NCBI GenBank assembly: GCA_048884785.1
Contig: JBHLQM010000009.1
Span: forward strand, 6,279-70,278
Length of the DNA stretch: 64,000 nucleotides
DNA from: Candidatus Thorarchaeota archaeon
GTDB taxonomy: Archaea > Asgardarchaeota > Thorarchaeia > Thorarchaeales > Thorarchaeaceae
Direction: 5' to 3'
Made by a program: the position numbers and the translations under genes
Notes under the pieces: model-generated
Told to the model about the DNA's origin: nothing
The model's database searches: none
What the model saw: the letters and a program-made list of their open reading frames with translations, nothing else
Shown: one piece after another, positions 28,179 to 37,844 of the stretch
How the letters are laid out: each line of letters starts with the position of its first letter
Numbering within the stretch: the first letter of the stretch is position 1

Positions 28179-28198
28179 ATCCGAGTTCGGACTCGGAT
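28179..28198 (+). promoter_or_regulatory. perfect 8-bp stem / 4-nt loop hairpin 10 nt upstream of the aCPSF2 ATG
   Basis: ATCCGAGT-TCGG-ACTCGGAT read directly from the sequence. Confidence 0.4.
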
Positions 28199-28208
28199 GT
28201 TTGAATAG

Positions 28209-29477
28209 ATGTCACAGCTAACTTTTCTGGGATCTTGTCGTGAAATTGGCCGCTCTGGATTCTATTTGGAGCAGAGTAACGAAAGTATGCTAATTGACTA
28301 TGGCACCAAATTCCTCAATCCACCTATATTTCCTGACATGGTACCGACAGATAATCTTCAAGGTCTTGCCATTACCCACGCACACCTAGACCACTCAGGT
28401 GGGATTCCCAGAGTTCTCTCTGAAGATGATCAGCTATCGCTGTTCTGTACTCCCGCAACTCGCGATTTGTGTGTGCCGCTGATTCGTGACATGTATAAAA
28501 TTTCAGGAGGCAGGTTGCCATTTGATAATAGGGATATTGTACGAATCAAAAGACAATGCCAAGAGGTCACATATGAAGAAACTACACCTCTTGGTAGGCA
28601 TTTTGAGATGACGCTTTTCAATGCAGGTCATATCCCGGGCAGTGCAATGGTGTCAGTACGATATAATGGGAAGCGAATTCTCTTCACTGGGGATTTCAAT
28701 TCAATAGAATCTCGTTTGAATGCGGGTGCTAGAAACAATCTGCCTAAACATGATATTGTTGTCACTGAAAGCACCTATGCACGTAGGATAAATCCCAACC
28801 GTGAAGAAATCGAAGAGGCTCTGGTTCAGACAGTCATAGAGACTGTTGAACGAGGTGGTATCGCTTTGATTCCAGCATTTGCAGTTGGACGAAGTCAGGA
28901 AGTCATGTGCATTCTAGAACAGCATGGTATACCTTCAAAATACCCCATCTATGTTGATGGGATGGCGAGACAGGTGAATGAGGTTGTAGTAAAACATCCA
29001 AACTACATAGCTTCTCCACAGTCGTTTGAGAGAGCAGTAAACCGAGCTCATAGCATCTATGATAGAAAAGACAGAATCAATGCCATGAAGAAGCCGGGTA
29101 TTATTATCTCTCCGGCCGGCATGCTAAAAGGTGGAGCCTCCCATCTCTATTTCAAATCTCTCCATGACGATAGCAGGAATAGTATCATTCTTGTTAGTTT
29201 TCAGATTCCTGGAACTCCAGGGGCGGAGCTTCTTTCAAAGAAGAGAGTAACAATTGGGACTGTGGAATACAATGTTCAAGCAGATGTTCGCTATCACCAT
29301 CTGAGCAGTCACTCAGATTCTCGTGGATTGATGGACATGCTTCAGAACATCCCCGGTGATCCGGAATTTTTCCTGGTTCATGGTGAGAGTGATTCGTGCG
29401 ATGCACTTGCTGCAAAGCTAGAGAAGAAAGGAAAAAAGGCTCGAATCCCAGAACTGAATGAATCTTTTGAGATATAG
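28209..29477 (+). CDS. aCPSF2-type beta-CASP metallo-beta-lactamase ribonuclease (no KH domains)
   Basis: HAHLDHSGG, ESTY, and beta-CASP motifs. 422 aa. Confidence 0.8.
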   Translation: MSQLTFLGSCREIGRSGFYLEQSNESMLIDYGTKFLNPPIFPDMVPTDNLQGLAITHAHLDHSGGIPRVLSEDDQLSLFCTPATRDLCVPLIRDMYKISGGRLPFDNRDIVRIKRQCQEVTYEETTPLGRHFEMTLFNAGHIPGSAMVSVRYNGKRILFTGDFNSIESRLNAGARNNLPKHDIVVTESTYARRINPNREEIEEALVQTVIETVERGGIALIPAFAVGRSQEVMCILEQHGIPSKYPIYVDGMARQVNEVVVKHPNYIASPQSFERAVNRAHSIYDRKDRINAMKKPGIIISPAGMLKGGASHLYFKSLHDDSRNSIILVSFQIPGTPGAELLSKKRVTIGTVEYNVQADVRYHHLSSHSDSRGLMDMLQNIPGDPEFFLVHGESDSCDALAAKLEKKGKKARIPELNESFEI

Positions 29478-29538
29478 ACAAGCTTCGTTCGCACTAATTA
29501 GATGCTAAGTGATTGTAGGGGGGAAAGAGAATCCACAC

Positions 29539-29754
29539 TTATTCAGCTTCAGTAGTTGGACGAGCTTCAACCTTCGGGCAAGTGACCTTGTTATAAACCT
29601 CTTCGCCCTTCTGCGGATCAAGAATAATAGTATAGAGATATTTCGCCGTGCGTAATTTGAGCTTGACATGATCTGGTCCTCTCTTGATACGGCACTCGAT
29701 AGCATCATTGCTCATCTCAAGGAATTTCTCCACATCATTAATCTGCTTCGGCAT
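29539..29754 (-). CDS. rpl38e: 50S ribosomal protein L38e
   Basis: MPKQINDVEKFL ... DHVKLKLRTAKYLYTIIL aligns along its length with eukaryotic RPL38 (MPRKIEEIKDFL ... DNVKFKVRCSRYLYTLVI). Confidence 0.75.
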   Translation of the reverse strand: MPKQINDVEKFLEMSNDAIECRIKRGPDHVKLKLRTAKYLYTIILDPQKGEEVYNKVTCPKVEARPTTEAE

Positions 29755-29786
29755 TTATTGAGCCCCTGTCTTCTTTTGGTTTTGAA

Positions 29787-29895
29787 TGGTGGGCCGGGGG
29801 AGACTTGAATTCGGGTTCTGTGTCAATTACGTCCACAGAATCTCCCGACCTTCGCCGTGTGAAGGCGACGTCATAGCCGACTAGACCACCGGCCC
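29787..29895 (-). tRNA. tRNA-Val (anticodon CAC) with a 32-nt intron in the T-arm (about 29810-29841) and encoded CCA
   Basis: Acceptor GGGCCGG/CCGGCCC. Anticodon arm TCGCC-TTCACAC-GGCGA. T-stem GGGAG/CTCCC is interrupted before the TTCAAGT loop. The intron has an internal 7-bp hairpin, TTCTGTG/CACAGAA. Confidence 0.85.
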
Positions 29896-29923
29896 CTAGC
29901 ACTCGCCTATAACACATAGTCGT

Positions 29924-30082
29924 TTAATTCTTCTTCCTTCTCTTCGGCCTAAGGTCCTTGGTTTTGCACCTTCTACACTTCTTCGCCTTTAGAGGGTTTG
30001 TTGCCCCGCAAGTTCGACATACTGACTTGTAAAGCAAGTAGTGCTGTGCGAGTCTACGTTTCTCAATGTCAGAAACTGGCAT
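29924..30082 (-). CDS. rpl40e: 50S ribosomal protein L40e (52 aa, below the ORF-track cutoff)
   Basis: Manual translation: MPVSDIEKRRLAQHYLLYKSVCRTCGATNPLKAKKCRRCKTKDLRPKRRKKN, with the C..C...C..C zinc ribbon typical of L40e. Confidence 0.8.
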   Translation of the reverse strand: MPVSDIEKRRLAQHYLLYKSVCRTCGATNPLKAKKCRRCKTKDLRPKRRKKN

Positions 30083-30220
30083 TTATAGGACCTCTTTCGT
30101 TTAGTATACGGACTCCATCCAGTCCGCTCAGGCCATCCGAGAGCCTATGAATATAAACCTGTTCCTGTGGCGGAAGAAAGTGAAAGCGCTGGAGAACCAC
30201 TCGGTTTCCAGCATCAGCAT

Positions 30221-31090
30221 CTATAGAAGCTCTTTGAGAATTCTTGCCACATCGCTGGGCTTCTCTGCAACCTGAATCCCTGCATTATTCAATGCCTTGA
30301 TCTTGGCATCCGCAGTTCCAGTACTTCCGCTAATAATTGCTCCTGCATGCCCCATTCTTTTACCTGTAGGAGCTGTTCTTCCAGCGATGAACCCTACAAC
30401 AGGACGATCGAATTCCTTCTCTATGTAGACTGCAGCTCTCTCCTCTGCATCCCCTCCTATTTCTCCCACCAGAACAAGAGCTTTTGTATCGTTATCTTGT
30501 TTGAATAGCTCAACTCCTTCAAGAGTAGTGAGTCCAACACAGGGATCTCCTCCAAGACCAATTGCAGTGGATATGCCTATACCAGCATTCGTCATACCTG
30601 CAGCTATTTCATAGGTCAATGTACCACTCCGTGACATAAGACCCACCTTGCCATCTGAGAAGACATGCCCAGGCATGATACCAAGCTTTTGCTTGGCTCC
30701 AGGAGTAATGATGCCTGGTGTATTTGGCCCGATAATTGTGATATTCTTCTGCTTGGCAGCATGAATTATTTTGATTTCATCTTGTACTGGGACATGTTCT
30801 GTTATTATTACCACTGGATTCAGATCATTTGCAATAGCTTCGTACGCCGCATCTGCGGCAAATGATGCAGGTATGAAAATGACGGACGCAGTAGCACCCT
30901 CAGCCTCTTTCGCTTCGCGCACACTATTGTAGACTGGAACGCCATGTACTCTCTCTCCTGCCTTTCCTGGCGAAGTACCTGCAACAACTTTAGTTCCATA
31001 CTTCAACATTGCTTCGGTGTGGAACGTTCCCTGAGAACCAGTGATCCCCTGCACTACTACTCGTGTGTCTTTGTTCACCAGCACTGCCAT
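30221..31090 (-). CDS. sucD: succinyl-CoA synthetase subunit alpha
   Basis: VVVQGITG.QG.FH, phosphohistidine region MGHAGAI, 289 aa. Abuts sucC. Confidence 0.9.
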   Translation of the reverse strand: MAVLVNKDTRVVVQGITGSQGTFHTEAMLKYGTKVVAGTSPGKAGERVHGVPVYNSVREAKEAEGATASVIFIPASFAADAAYEAIANDLNPVVIITEHVPVQDEIKIIHAAKQKNITIIGPNTPGIITPGAKQKLGIMPGHVFSDGKVGLMSRSGTLTYEIAAGMTNAGIGISTAIGLGGDPCVGLTTLEGVELFKQDNDTKALVLVGEIGGDAEERAAVYIEKEFDRPVVGFIAGRTAPTGKRMGHAGAIISGSTGTADAKIKALNNAGIQVAEKPSDVARILKELL

Positions 31091-32236
31091 CTAGCCTACC
31101 TCCTTAACCAACTCGACTACCCTTGATGCAGCTTCTTCCATTGTCTTGACGAATGGAATTCCCGCCTTTGTCAGGATTTCCTGCCCTTGCTTCTCGTTTG
31201 TGCCGACCATTCTGATAACCATCGGGACGTCAATCCCCTTTTCGTCCCTTACCGCCACGATGCCATTTGCCACATCATCACACCTAGTGATGCCTCCCAT
31301 GATATTGACCAATATCGCTTTCACTTTATCATACATCAGTGCGATTTCTATTCCTTTCTGAACGCGTTCTTTATCAGACCCTCCTCCAAGATCCAAGAAT
31401 GTACTGGCCTTTCCCCCATAAAGTGAAACTGCATCAAGTGTTGCCATTGTGAGACCTGCGCCATTGCAGATACATGCAATATCCCCATCTAGCTCAACAT
31501 AAGCCATCCCCTCTGAATTTGCCATCCTCTCGCGTTCGTTTTGATCTAGAGGTGCTCTTTGTATTTTGGCTATGATATCCTTGTGTCTGTATAAGGCGCT
31601 GTCATCAATATTCAGACGGGCATCAGCAGCCAAGAAGCGTCCATCCTTTGTCAAAATCAATGGATTAATTTCAGTGAGTTCAACATCGTACTTCTCCACA
31701 ATATTCCAGAGAGTCATAAAGAAACTGCCCAATTTACTGATGTCCTTCCCATTGAATCCCATAGCAATTGCCATCTCCCTGGATTCATAGGGTTGAAACC
31801 CTAATGCAGGATCAATATAGCGTTTGATAATCTTCTCTGGACTTGTTTCAGCCAATTCCTCAATTGACATTCCCCCAGCTGCACTTCCAATGATTACATA
31901 CTTCCGTTCGTTTCGATCCACGGTGATGCCGGCATAGATTTCTTGTGCAATGTCAAGCTTCTCCTCGACCAATACAGATTCAACCGGAAGTCCGTTTATT
32001 CTCATTGCAAGAATTTCTTTAGCGTGTGCTGCTGCATCCTTTGGTGTATCAGCGAATTTCACACCACCTGCTTTTCCTCGTTTCCCTGCAAGGACTTGTG
32101 CCTTTACTACAACTGGTTTTCCGACTTCCTCAGCACGCTTTCTTGCCTCTTCAGGAGTGTTAGCTACGCCTCCAGGAGGAGTCGGCATACCAAAGGCTCG
32201 GAATATCTCCTTAGCTTCATGCTCGAATAGCTTCAT
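31091..32236 (-). CDS. sucC: succinyl-CoA synthetase subunit beta (ATP-grasp)
   Basis: MKLFEHEAKEIF..fG.P.P, KAQVLAGKRGKAGGVKF, and C-terminal ligase-CoA domain. Confidence 0.9.
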   Translation of the reverse strand: MKLFEHEAKEIFRAFGMPTPPGGVANTPEEARKRAEEVGKPVVVKAQVLAGKRGKAGGVKFADTPKDAAAHAKEILAMRINGLPVESVLVEEKLDIAQEIYAGITVDRNERKYVIIGSAAGGMSIEELAETSPEKIIKRYIDPALGFQPYESREMAIAMGFNGKDISKLGSFFMTLWNIVEKYDVELTEINPLILTKDGRFLAADARLNIDDSALYRHKDIIAKIQRAPLDQNERERMANSEGMAYVELDGDIACICNGAGLTMATLDAVSLYGGKASTFLDLGGGSDKERVQKGIEIALMYDKVKAILVNIMGGITRCDDVANGIVAVRDEKGIDVPMVIRMVGTNEKQGQEILTKAGIPFVKTMEEAASRVVELVKEVG

Positions 32237-32317
32237 GGCTCATTCCCTCTGGTTGATGGGGAGTTGATGATATGACTCCCAAACTCGAAGCGTCACCACG
32301 GCACCCACATAAAAAGG

Positions 32318-34588
32318 TTAACTGAAGCCGCTAATTAAGAAATCAAGTCGCTGATTCATGTGTTTTATCTCACTAATGAGAGAATGCTGATCCTTTCCAA
32401 CAAGACCCGAGAGGATGGTGTTTAGGTATTGAATCTCCTCTAAACAGTTTTCTATCACTCCGGGGCTATCCACGGCACAGTACTCCATATTTTTCACCAA
32501 TCCTGGGGCCGTTTCGTCTATGACCCTTTTCCATACATCACTTGGAATATCCGTCCTTATTGTTACAAGCTCCAAGAGAATATCGCGAAGCTTTGAGTCT
32601 TTTTTCGAGAGTGCTTTCTTGACTCTCTTTGCATAACTTACAGGTATTCCCAACATTGCTACTGTTTTTCCGGATTCGGTGCAATCAATATCTCTGTTCT
32701 CTCTGAACACCAAACCTTCTCGCTCAAGGTCTTCCAAAATCTCCAAACCACGTAGAGATTGGTCAATTACTGCCACGGCATATTGCGCAATGCCTTCCTT
32801 TTGGATTGCAACATTAATGAATTTCACAAGATGTTTACATAATCTATGTCTGCGGATTCCCTGAAATTTCCATGATTCACAGGTGCAAGATACACCTTCC
32901 TTCGCCCGTAGAATCACATGGTGCCAGAGGTCCCTCGATGCGCTGTGAATGAGTCCCTCTACTTTCTGAGGAGTGACTGAAACCAATCTGACACTTGAGT
33001 CTTCAATCTCTGCTGCTCGAGCGATTACTGATTTAGTTGCTCGATTTGATATGTACAATCGAGTTGCCGCAATTGGGTCCTTAATGCTTTGGTTATTTGC
33101 CAAGCTCTCGTGGCTCTTAGTTGCTGCCCAATAAGTTCTACTTAGGATAGAAAATGAATCTTCGCCTTTGATATCCGAAACACACAACTGTCCTAGAACA
33201 AGGTCTTGAACAGCCTCTGAATCATCCATGTTGCTATCAACCTCCCCTAGGCGAGGTATGATACTGCCATCTTGTTCTCTGACAAAGTATTTTAAAATCA
33301 CTCTCTGTCGTTCGTCTTCATTTCCAACTACAACAATCCCAAATGCATCACTATCAATTCCACTTCTGCCAGCCGAGTGAAGCACATCACTGAGTTCCCA
33401 TTCAGAGAGCAAAGTAAGGTTCTCTTCTGAATCCTCCTCCTGTTTTTTATCTTCCATATACACACCCATCAGAAATACTGATGATGCCTTTAGTCCACTT
33501 GAAATTGCAAATCTTGTTGGCATAACAATAACTGGAAGTAATCCATCCTCCCATGCATGGGAGATCATTCTTCTTTGTGCCCTTGATACTCCCTCATGAA
33601 AGAAAGACACGCCTTTTGGTAGTACTTTGCCTAGGAGAATGCTTAGCTCACATGTTGGATATTTCATTCTCACCCGCTGTGAAAGTTCTCGAAGTTCATC
33701 CTGATGGCCAAGGGTCAGATTGAGGTTCAGCTTGGTTTTTCCCTCTACTTTAATTCCTGACAGTATCGACGCCAGTTTCTCAGACTCCTTTGCACTGGCG
33801 CACAGAATCATGACCTGTCCTCTCTTTCTATGAACATATTCTGTCAAATCTGAGAGTGATTCATTTACATCTTCAAATGCACGAACCCCATATATCCTTC
33901 TAACATCGGCTTTTCTATCTTCAATAATCTCTGATTTCAACCAAGTCGAGAGCTCTTTGATGTCAGCTACAGGGGGGCAAATCGAAATGTACTGGATATC
34001 ACTCGACAATCCTTTCAATGCAACAAGTATTGATTCCAGAGTTGCTCCAATATCTGGTTGTCCAATAAGATCTAGTCTGTCAATAAGGACGCACTGGAGG
34101 CCTTCCAGAATCTCTGGATGTGTTTGGAGAGATATGCCAAGAGCTCTAATTGTTGCTACAATAACGCGGCCAATTCTCAAGTCAGGATCAGTGGCGAATC
34201 GCCTACGGATAATGGAGGTTGTTTCAACTCCCAAGCGTGTGCCTCCTTGACTTATAGAATGAAATACCTTCTCTGCACGGTGTGGATTTGGACATAATAC
34301 TAGGACCCTTGCCCGAGAGTCCGAAGTCACCGTGTTAAGCACTGCAATCTCCGCGATATCGTATGCTTCCTCATAATCGTATGTCATGAGGATTTTACTC
34401 ATGCGCCTGAGTATCCCTTTATTCACCGCCTCAGCTTGAAACTTGCTCAGACTTGCAAAACCTTGTCTACGTAGAAGCTCAAGTAAACGCGGTGATGCCT
34501 GTGCTAGTTCCAGTTCTCTGAGGGTACCCATCCCTGTGTCGCTCCACTCCAGAATGCGCAATTTCACTTTTAGCGTATTGTATTTCAT
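32318..34588 (-). CDS. Hel308/Ski2-like helicase homolog with degenerate ATPase motifs and a SWIM zinc finger
   Basis: Q-motif-like SLSKFQAEAV is kept. Walker A position reads MTYDYEEAY (34355-34393), motif II reads LIDRLD, and motif III reads ICP. CTCESWKFQGIRRHRLCKH (32831-32887) fits the SWIM pattern CxCxnCxH. Confidence 0.6.
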   Translation of the reverse strand: MKYNTLKVKLRILEWSDTGMGTLRELELAQASPRLLELLRRQGFASLSKFQAEAVNKGILRRMSKILMTYDYEEAYDIAEIAVLNTVTSDSRARVLVLCPNPHRAEKVFHSISQGGTRLGVETTSIIRRRFATDPDLRIGRVIVATIRALGISLQTHPEILEGLQCVLIDRLDLIGQPDIGATLESILVALKGLSSDIQYISICPPVADIKELSTWLKSEIIEDRKADVRRIYGVRAFEDVNESLSDLTEYVHRKRGQVMILCASAKESEKLASILSGIKVEGKTKLNLNLTLGHQDELRELSQRVRMKYPTCELSILLGKVLPKGVSFFHEGVSRAQRRMISHAWEDGLLPVIVMPTRFAISSGLKASSVFLMGVYMEDKKQEEDSEENLTLLSEWELSDVLHSAGRSGIDSDAFGIVVVGNEDERQRVILKYFVREQDGSIIPRLGEVDSNMDDSEAVQDLVLGQLCVSDIKGEDSFSILSRTYWAATKSHESLANNQSIKDPIAATRLYISNRATKSVIARAAEIEDSSVRLVSVTPQKVEGLIHSASRDLWHHVILRAKEGVSCTCESWKFQGIRRHRLCKHLVKFINVAIQKEGIAQYAVAVIDQSLRGLEILEDLEREGLVFRENRDIDCTESGKTVAMLGIPVSYAKRVKKALSKKDSKLRDILLELVTIRTDIPSDVWKRVIDETAPGLVKNMEYCAVDSPGVIENCLEEIQYLNTILSGLVGKDQHSLISEIKHMNQRLDFLISGFS

Positions 34589-34843
34589 AATACTGGACTA
34601 TTTTTGGACAAGCTGATTGATAATTAATAGGGCTAGTAAATAAATAGACATGATTATTTGTCACATATAGTAAAGGTCAATTAGAGATAATTAGGCCAGC
34701 AAGATGAATCTTGGACGAATGCTATGCTTTTGAAATAGTACTCTCAGCATTATGTCCATGATACACTGGTACAAAAACGATGGAATGCATCCATCATATG
34801 TATAACAGACCTCGGCAGGCATCAATTCCCTGTCGCAAGAGGA

Positions 34844-35593
34844 TTGGAAGTAATGGCTTTCGTAGCAACAAAAGATAGCAGTTTCAAGGTAATTCTGAAA
34901 GATGGATTCAAGATTAAACCCGATTCAGTATTCATATGTGGCTTTCATGGACTGGGTGAGGTTGGCTTCCTCAGCACGGCTCATCTAACCAAGACACTTG
35001 AAGCAGAACGAGTTGGATTCATCAAGAGTGATATGCTCCCTCTCTTTGTGTCAATGGAGAATGAGCGCTTAATTCTGCCATTTGAGATATACTCATACAG
35101 TAAGAAGAATATGATTTTCTTCGTGCCCAGATTCCAGCCGCACCAGAGTGAACAATGGAGCTTCATTGAACGACTGGCTGCATGGATCAGTGAACAGAAG
35201 TTCGGCGAGATTCTTCTTCTTGGAGGGCTTGATGCGAGTTTCAAAGAGGACGAAGAAGAGATGCGCTGTGTCCCGACTAATGCATACAAAGACAAGCTCG
35301 AGAAATGGTCAGTAAAATTACTGGAGGAAGGTCTGTTCGTTGCAGGCCCATTGGCTCTACTTCTAGCTGAGCTTGAGATTCTCGAAGCACCAGGCATTGG
35401 TCTACTAACATACGCCACTAGAGGTCGACCTGACCCTCGCTCGGCGGCTACAATGCTTGAGAAAATCAACGAGGTGTATGGAGTCACAGCCAATGTTGAT
35501 CAATTGATTGAAGAAAGCAAAGAGATTGAGCGCCTTGAGAAGATGAGAAAATCAATTGAGGCTGATACAGATCCTTCTCAGATGTACCTCTAG
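34844..35593 (+). CDS. PAC2 (proteasome assembly chaperone 2) family protein
   Basis: CGFHGLGEVGFLSTAHL ... pattern and size. The likely ATG start is at 34853. Confidence 0.55.
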   Translation: MEVMAFVATKDSSFKVILKDGFKIKPDSVFICGFHGLGEVGFLSTAHLTKTLEAERVGFIKSDMLPLFVSMENERLILPFEIYSYSKKNMIFFVPRFQPHQSEQWSFIERLAAWISEQKFGEILLLGGLDASFKEDEEEMRCVPTNAYKDKLEKWSVKLLEEGLFVAGPLALLLAELEILEAPGIGLLTYATRGRPDPRSAATMLEKINEVYGVTANVDQLIEESKEIERLEKMRKSIEADTDPSQMYL

Positions 35594-35611
35594 AATTGTA
35601 TGATCTGGTTG

Positions 35612-36154
35612 TCATCCCATACGGCGGATATACCATCCAATGTCAATGAGGTTCTTGGCGACCAGCTTCTCTCTTCCTATTCGATTCTTCATGAATCCAT
35701 CAACAACTAGCATTGCTAATCCTATTACATTCCCGCGTTCATCCTGTACTATCACTCTCTGCCCTCTCTTAAGAGATGGTTTTAGACTAACAACTCCTTC
35801 TTTCAGGATGCTTCTGCCGTAAGTGAATAATTCAGCACCTTGCTTGCTGACAACTATGATGTTCTCTGTGACTCCCGCCAGTTTGCTGAGAATTGGAAGA
35901 CTTAGTCTAAGTTTTCCTTTCTTCAAAGTTCCTACCCACAGACCAACTAGTCGTATATCAAAGTCTTCAAGGTCTTCAGAGATTAATCCGGTCCATTGCG
36001 CAGGCATCAGGTAGAAAGATTTTCCCTCTTTATCCCCGATGGTAATAGGAACCAGATTATCCAGCAGAGATTTGGTTACGCCTGCTCCAAAGTCTCTATC
36101 TATATCTGCCTGAATTTCATTCCATACCATCGGGTCAACAAGTTCCGGCTTCAT
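35612..36154 (-). CDS. NIP7-like pre-rRNA processing protein (PUA domain)
   Basis: The C-terminal half (VVSKQGAELFTYGRSILKEGV ... RGQRVIVQDERGNVIGLAM ... NLIDIGWYIR) parallels eukaryotic NIP7 ([20 protein letters not shown] ... QADIGEYVR). Confidence 0.55.
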   Translation of the reverse strand: MKPELVDPMVWNEIQADIDRDFGAGVTKSLLDNLVPITIGDKEGKSFYLMPAQWTGLISEDLEDFDIRLVGLWVGTLKKGKLRLSLPILSKLAGVTENIIVVSKQGAELFTYGRSILKEGVVSLKPSLKRGQRVIVQDERGNVIGLAMLVVDGFMKNRIGREKLVAKNLIDIGWYIRRMG

Positions 36155-36200
36155 CGTTGCATACTACCAATAATCTTTGCTTATTAGATGTCCCATTCTT

Positions 36201-37844
36201 CTAGCCTTCTGACCTAGTGAGCCGTATTGATCCTATGAAGAGGACTACTGGTCCAATAATTAAGACGGGCAGAGCAGCTGTGAGACTTCCTAACAAAAAA
36301 CTTTCAATGAAGATTCCTGAACTGAACTCAATTATGAACCCAACTAGGATTGCAAACATAGAGATTAGCAGTGTTGCTATTGCATTCATATGGAATGCTG
36401 AGCTCTTTGTATCTTCATATGCTGGATTCAGGCATGTAATCCCGATGGCAACAAGTATTGTACTGCTCAGTACAAGATATGCGTGAATCATCATTATTCC
36501 TGCCTCAGCAATCTGGAATGAGAGAATCGTCGAGAGAATCACTACAGGGATTAGTACTATCGGGATGGCAAAGAAAAGGGCACTGATGACTCTGCCAGCC
36601 AAGAATTTCGATACGCCTCGATATGAGCTCTTAATAATCCATAGATGGTCCTTTGATTCTAAGAACCCAATGCCCCCAAATGTAAGTCCTCCTAACATCC
36701 CCAAAAACATACTGATAAAGAATGAAGTGAATACAACAAGATATAGTGCATCCTGAGTATTTCTAAGACTAGAATAGCTAATCATTAGGGGTACTATGAT
36801 CGATAACACGATTGCATAAACTACCTTTGATGTGTTCTGCGCCTTCCTCCCAAAGTCCTTCATCAGCATTACAATCAGAACACCTGCTGAACCAGGTGCA
36901 ACGCGTCTTATAGCACGAAGGAAAGCGTTCTCTCTCCCGGTCGTTGTAACTGTTTCTGTTCGAGCTCCAGATTCCAGACTAAAAATCCTGTCCGGCGTCA
37001 CAAATCCGAGAACCATGACCACTACGGCAAATATAGCAACAAGGGCAATATCTGACTCTATACCAAACTCTAGAATCTCCTCAAATATCGTGATGGCTTG
37101 AGAAGGAAGATCTATCCCATTAAAGTAAATGGTTATCCAAGTGACCAGGTCTGCTGCCCATGTCGATGGTAATAACAGAAAAACACTCAATCCTAATATC
37201 TGTGCGAATGTTTCAGCGAAATATATCAACCCATAAAGCGGCAGGAGGAATACAAGAACCACAACAAGACCCATAGCCTTTGCTATGTCATTTCCTCGAG
37301 CAGAGGTTCCGAGCTTTGCTTGAATTGCTGTACTAATCACTGTTGAAAGGAGAAGCGTAGCCAATACAAAGACTGCAATTACAACGTAGATAATCATTTG
37401 ACCTATAATTGAAACTTCATAGAGAATAAGAAATGGTGAAACTAAAAGTGGTGCCATGAAGAGGACCAGAAGGCTATAGGATGGTATTCTCCCTAAGAAC
37501 ATCCCCAATAGCATATCACGAGTACTAACATTGTTGCTGAGCATTACCTCCCATTGACCTATCTTTACTTCCTGCAGAGCATATGTTATCGGATAGACCA
37601 ACACCATTGTCCATAGAATGAGAATAAGTGACCTCATTACTCCCGGAAACGCCACTTGTAATAACTGTTGGACTTGTAGCGAAAACAAATCTAAAATCCC
37701 TATCATTATTGAAGGTGCCAGAAAGAATGCCCAAAATATCACAAAGAGAACCAGCAATAATGAAACATGATAGCGTCTTCTTCTGAACCTTGAGGTTGTG
37801 ACAAGAAGCTCTGCTTTTGCAATGGCCATCCATGCCCTTGGCAC
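36201..37844 (-). CDS. ABC transporter permease (polytopic, ABC-2-like)
   Basis: 547 aa and highly hydrophobic. The GTG start overlaps the stop of the ATPase gene by 1 nt. Confidence 0.55.
   Translation of the reverse strand: MPRAWMAIAKAELLVTTSRFRRRRYHVSLLLVLFVIFWAFFLAPSIMIGILDLFSLQVQQLLQVAFPGVMRSLILILWTMVLVYPITYALQEVKIGQWEVMLSNNVSTRDMLLGMFLGRIPSYSLLVLFMAPLLVSPFLILYEVSIIGQMIIYVVIAVFVLATLLLSTVISTAIQAKLGTSARGNDIAKAMGLVVVLVFLLPLYGLIYFAETFAQILGLSVFLLLPSTWAADLVTWITIYFNGIDLPSQAITIFEEILEFGIESDIALVAIFAVVVMVLGFVTPDRIFSLESGARTETVTTTGRENAFLRAIRRVAPGSAGVLIVMLMKDFGRKAQNTSKVVYAIVLSIIVPLMISYSSLRNTQDALYLVVFTSFFISMFLGMLGGLTFGGIGFLESKDHLWIIKSSYRGVSKFLAGRVISALFFAIPIVLIPVVILSTILSFQIAEAGIMMIHAYLVLSSTILVAIGITCLNPAYEDTKSSAFHMNAIATLLISMFAILVGFIIEFSSGIFIESFLLGSLTAALPVLIIGPVVLFIGSIRLTRSEG

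Noticed and set aside
34981-35493. 170-aa - strand ORF
   Set aside because: It is antisense to the PAC2-family gene and looks like a shadow ORF rich in Ser/Arg.
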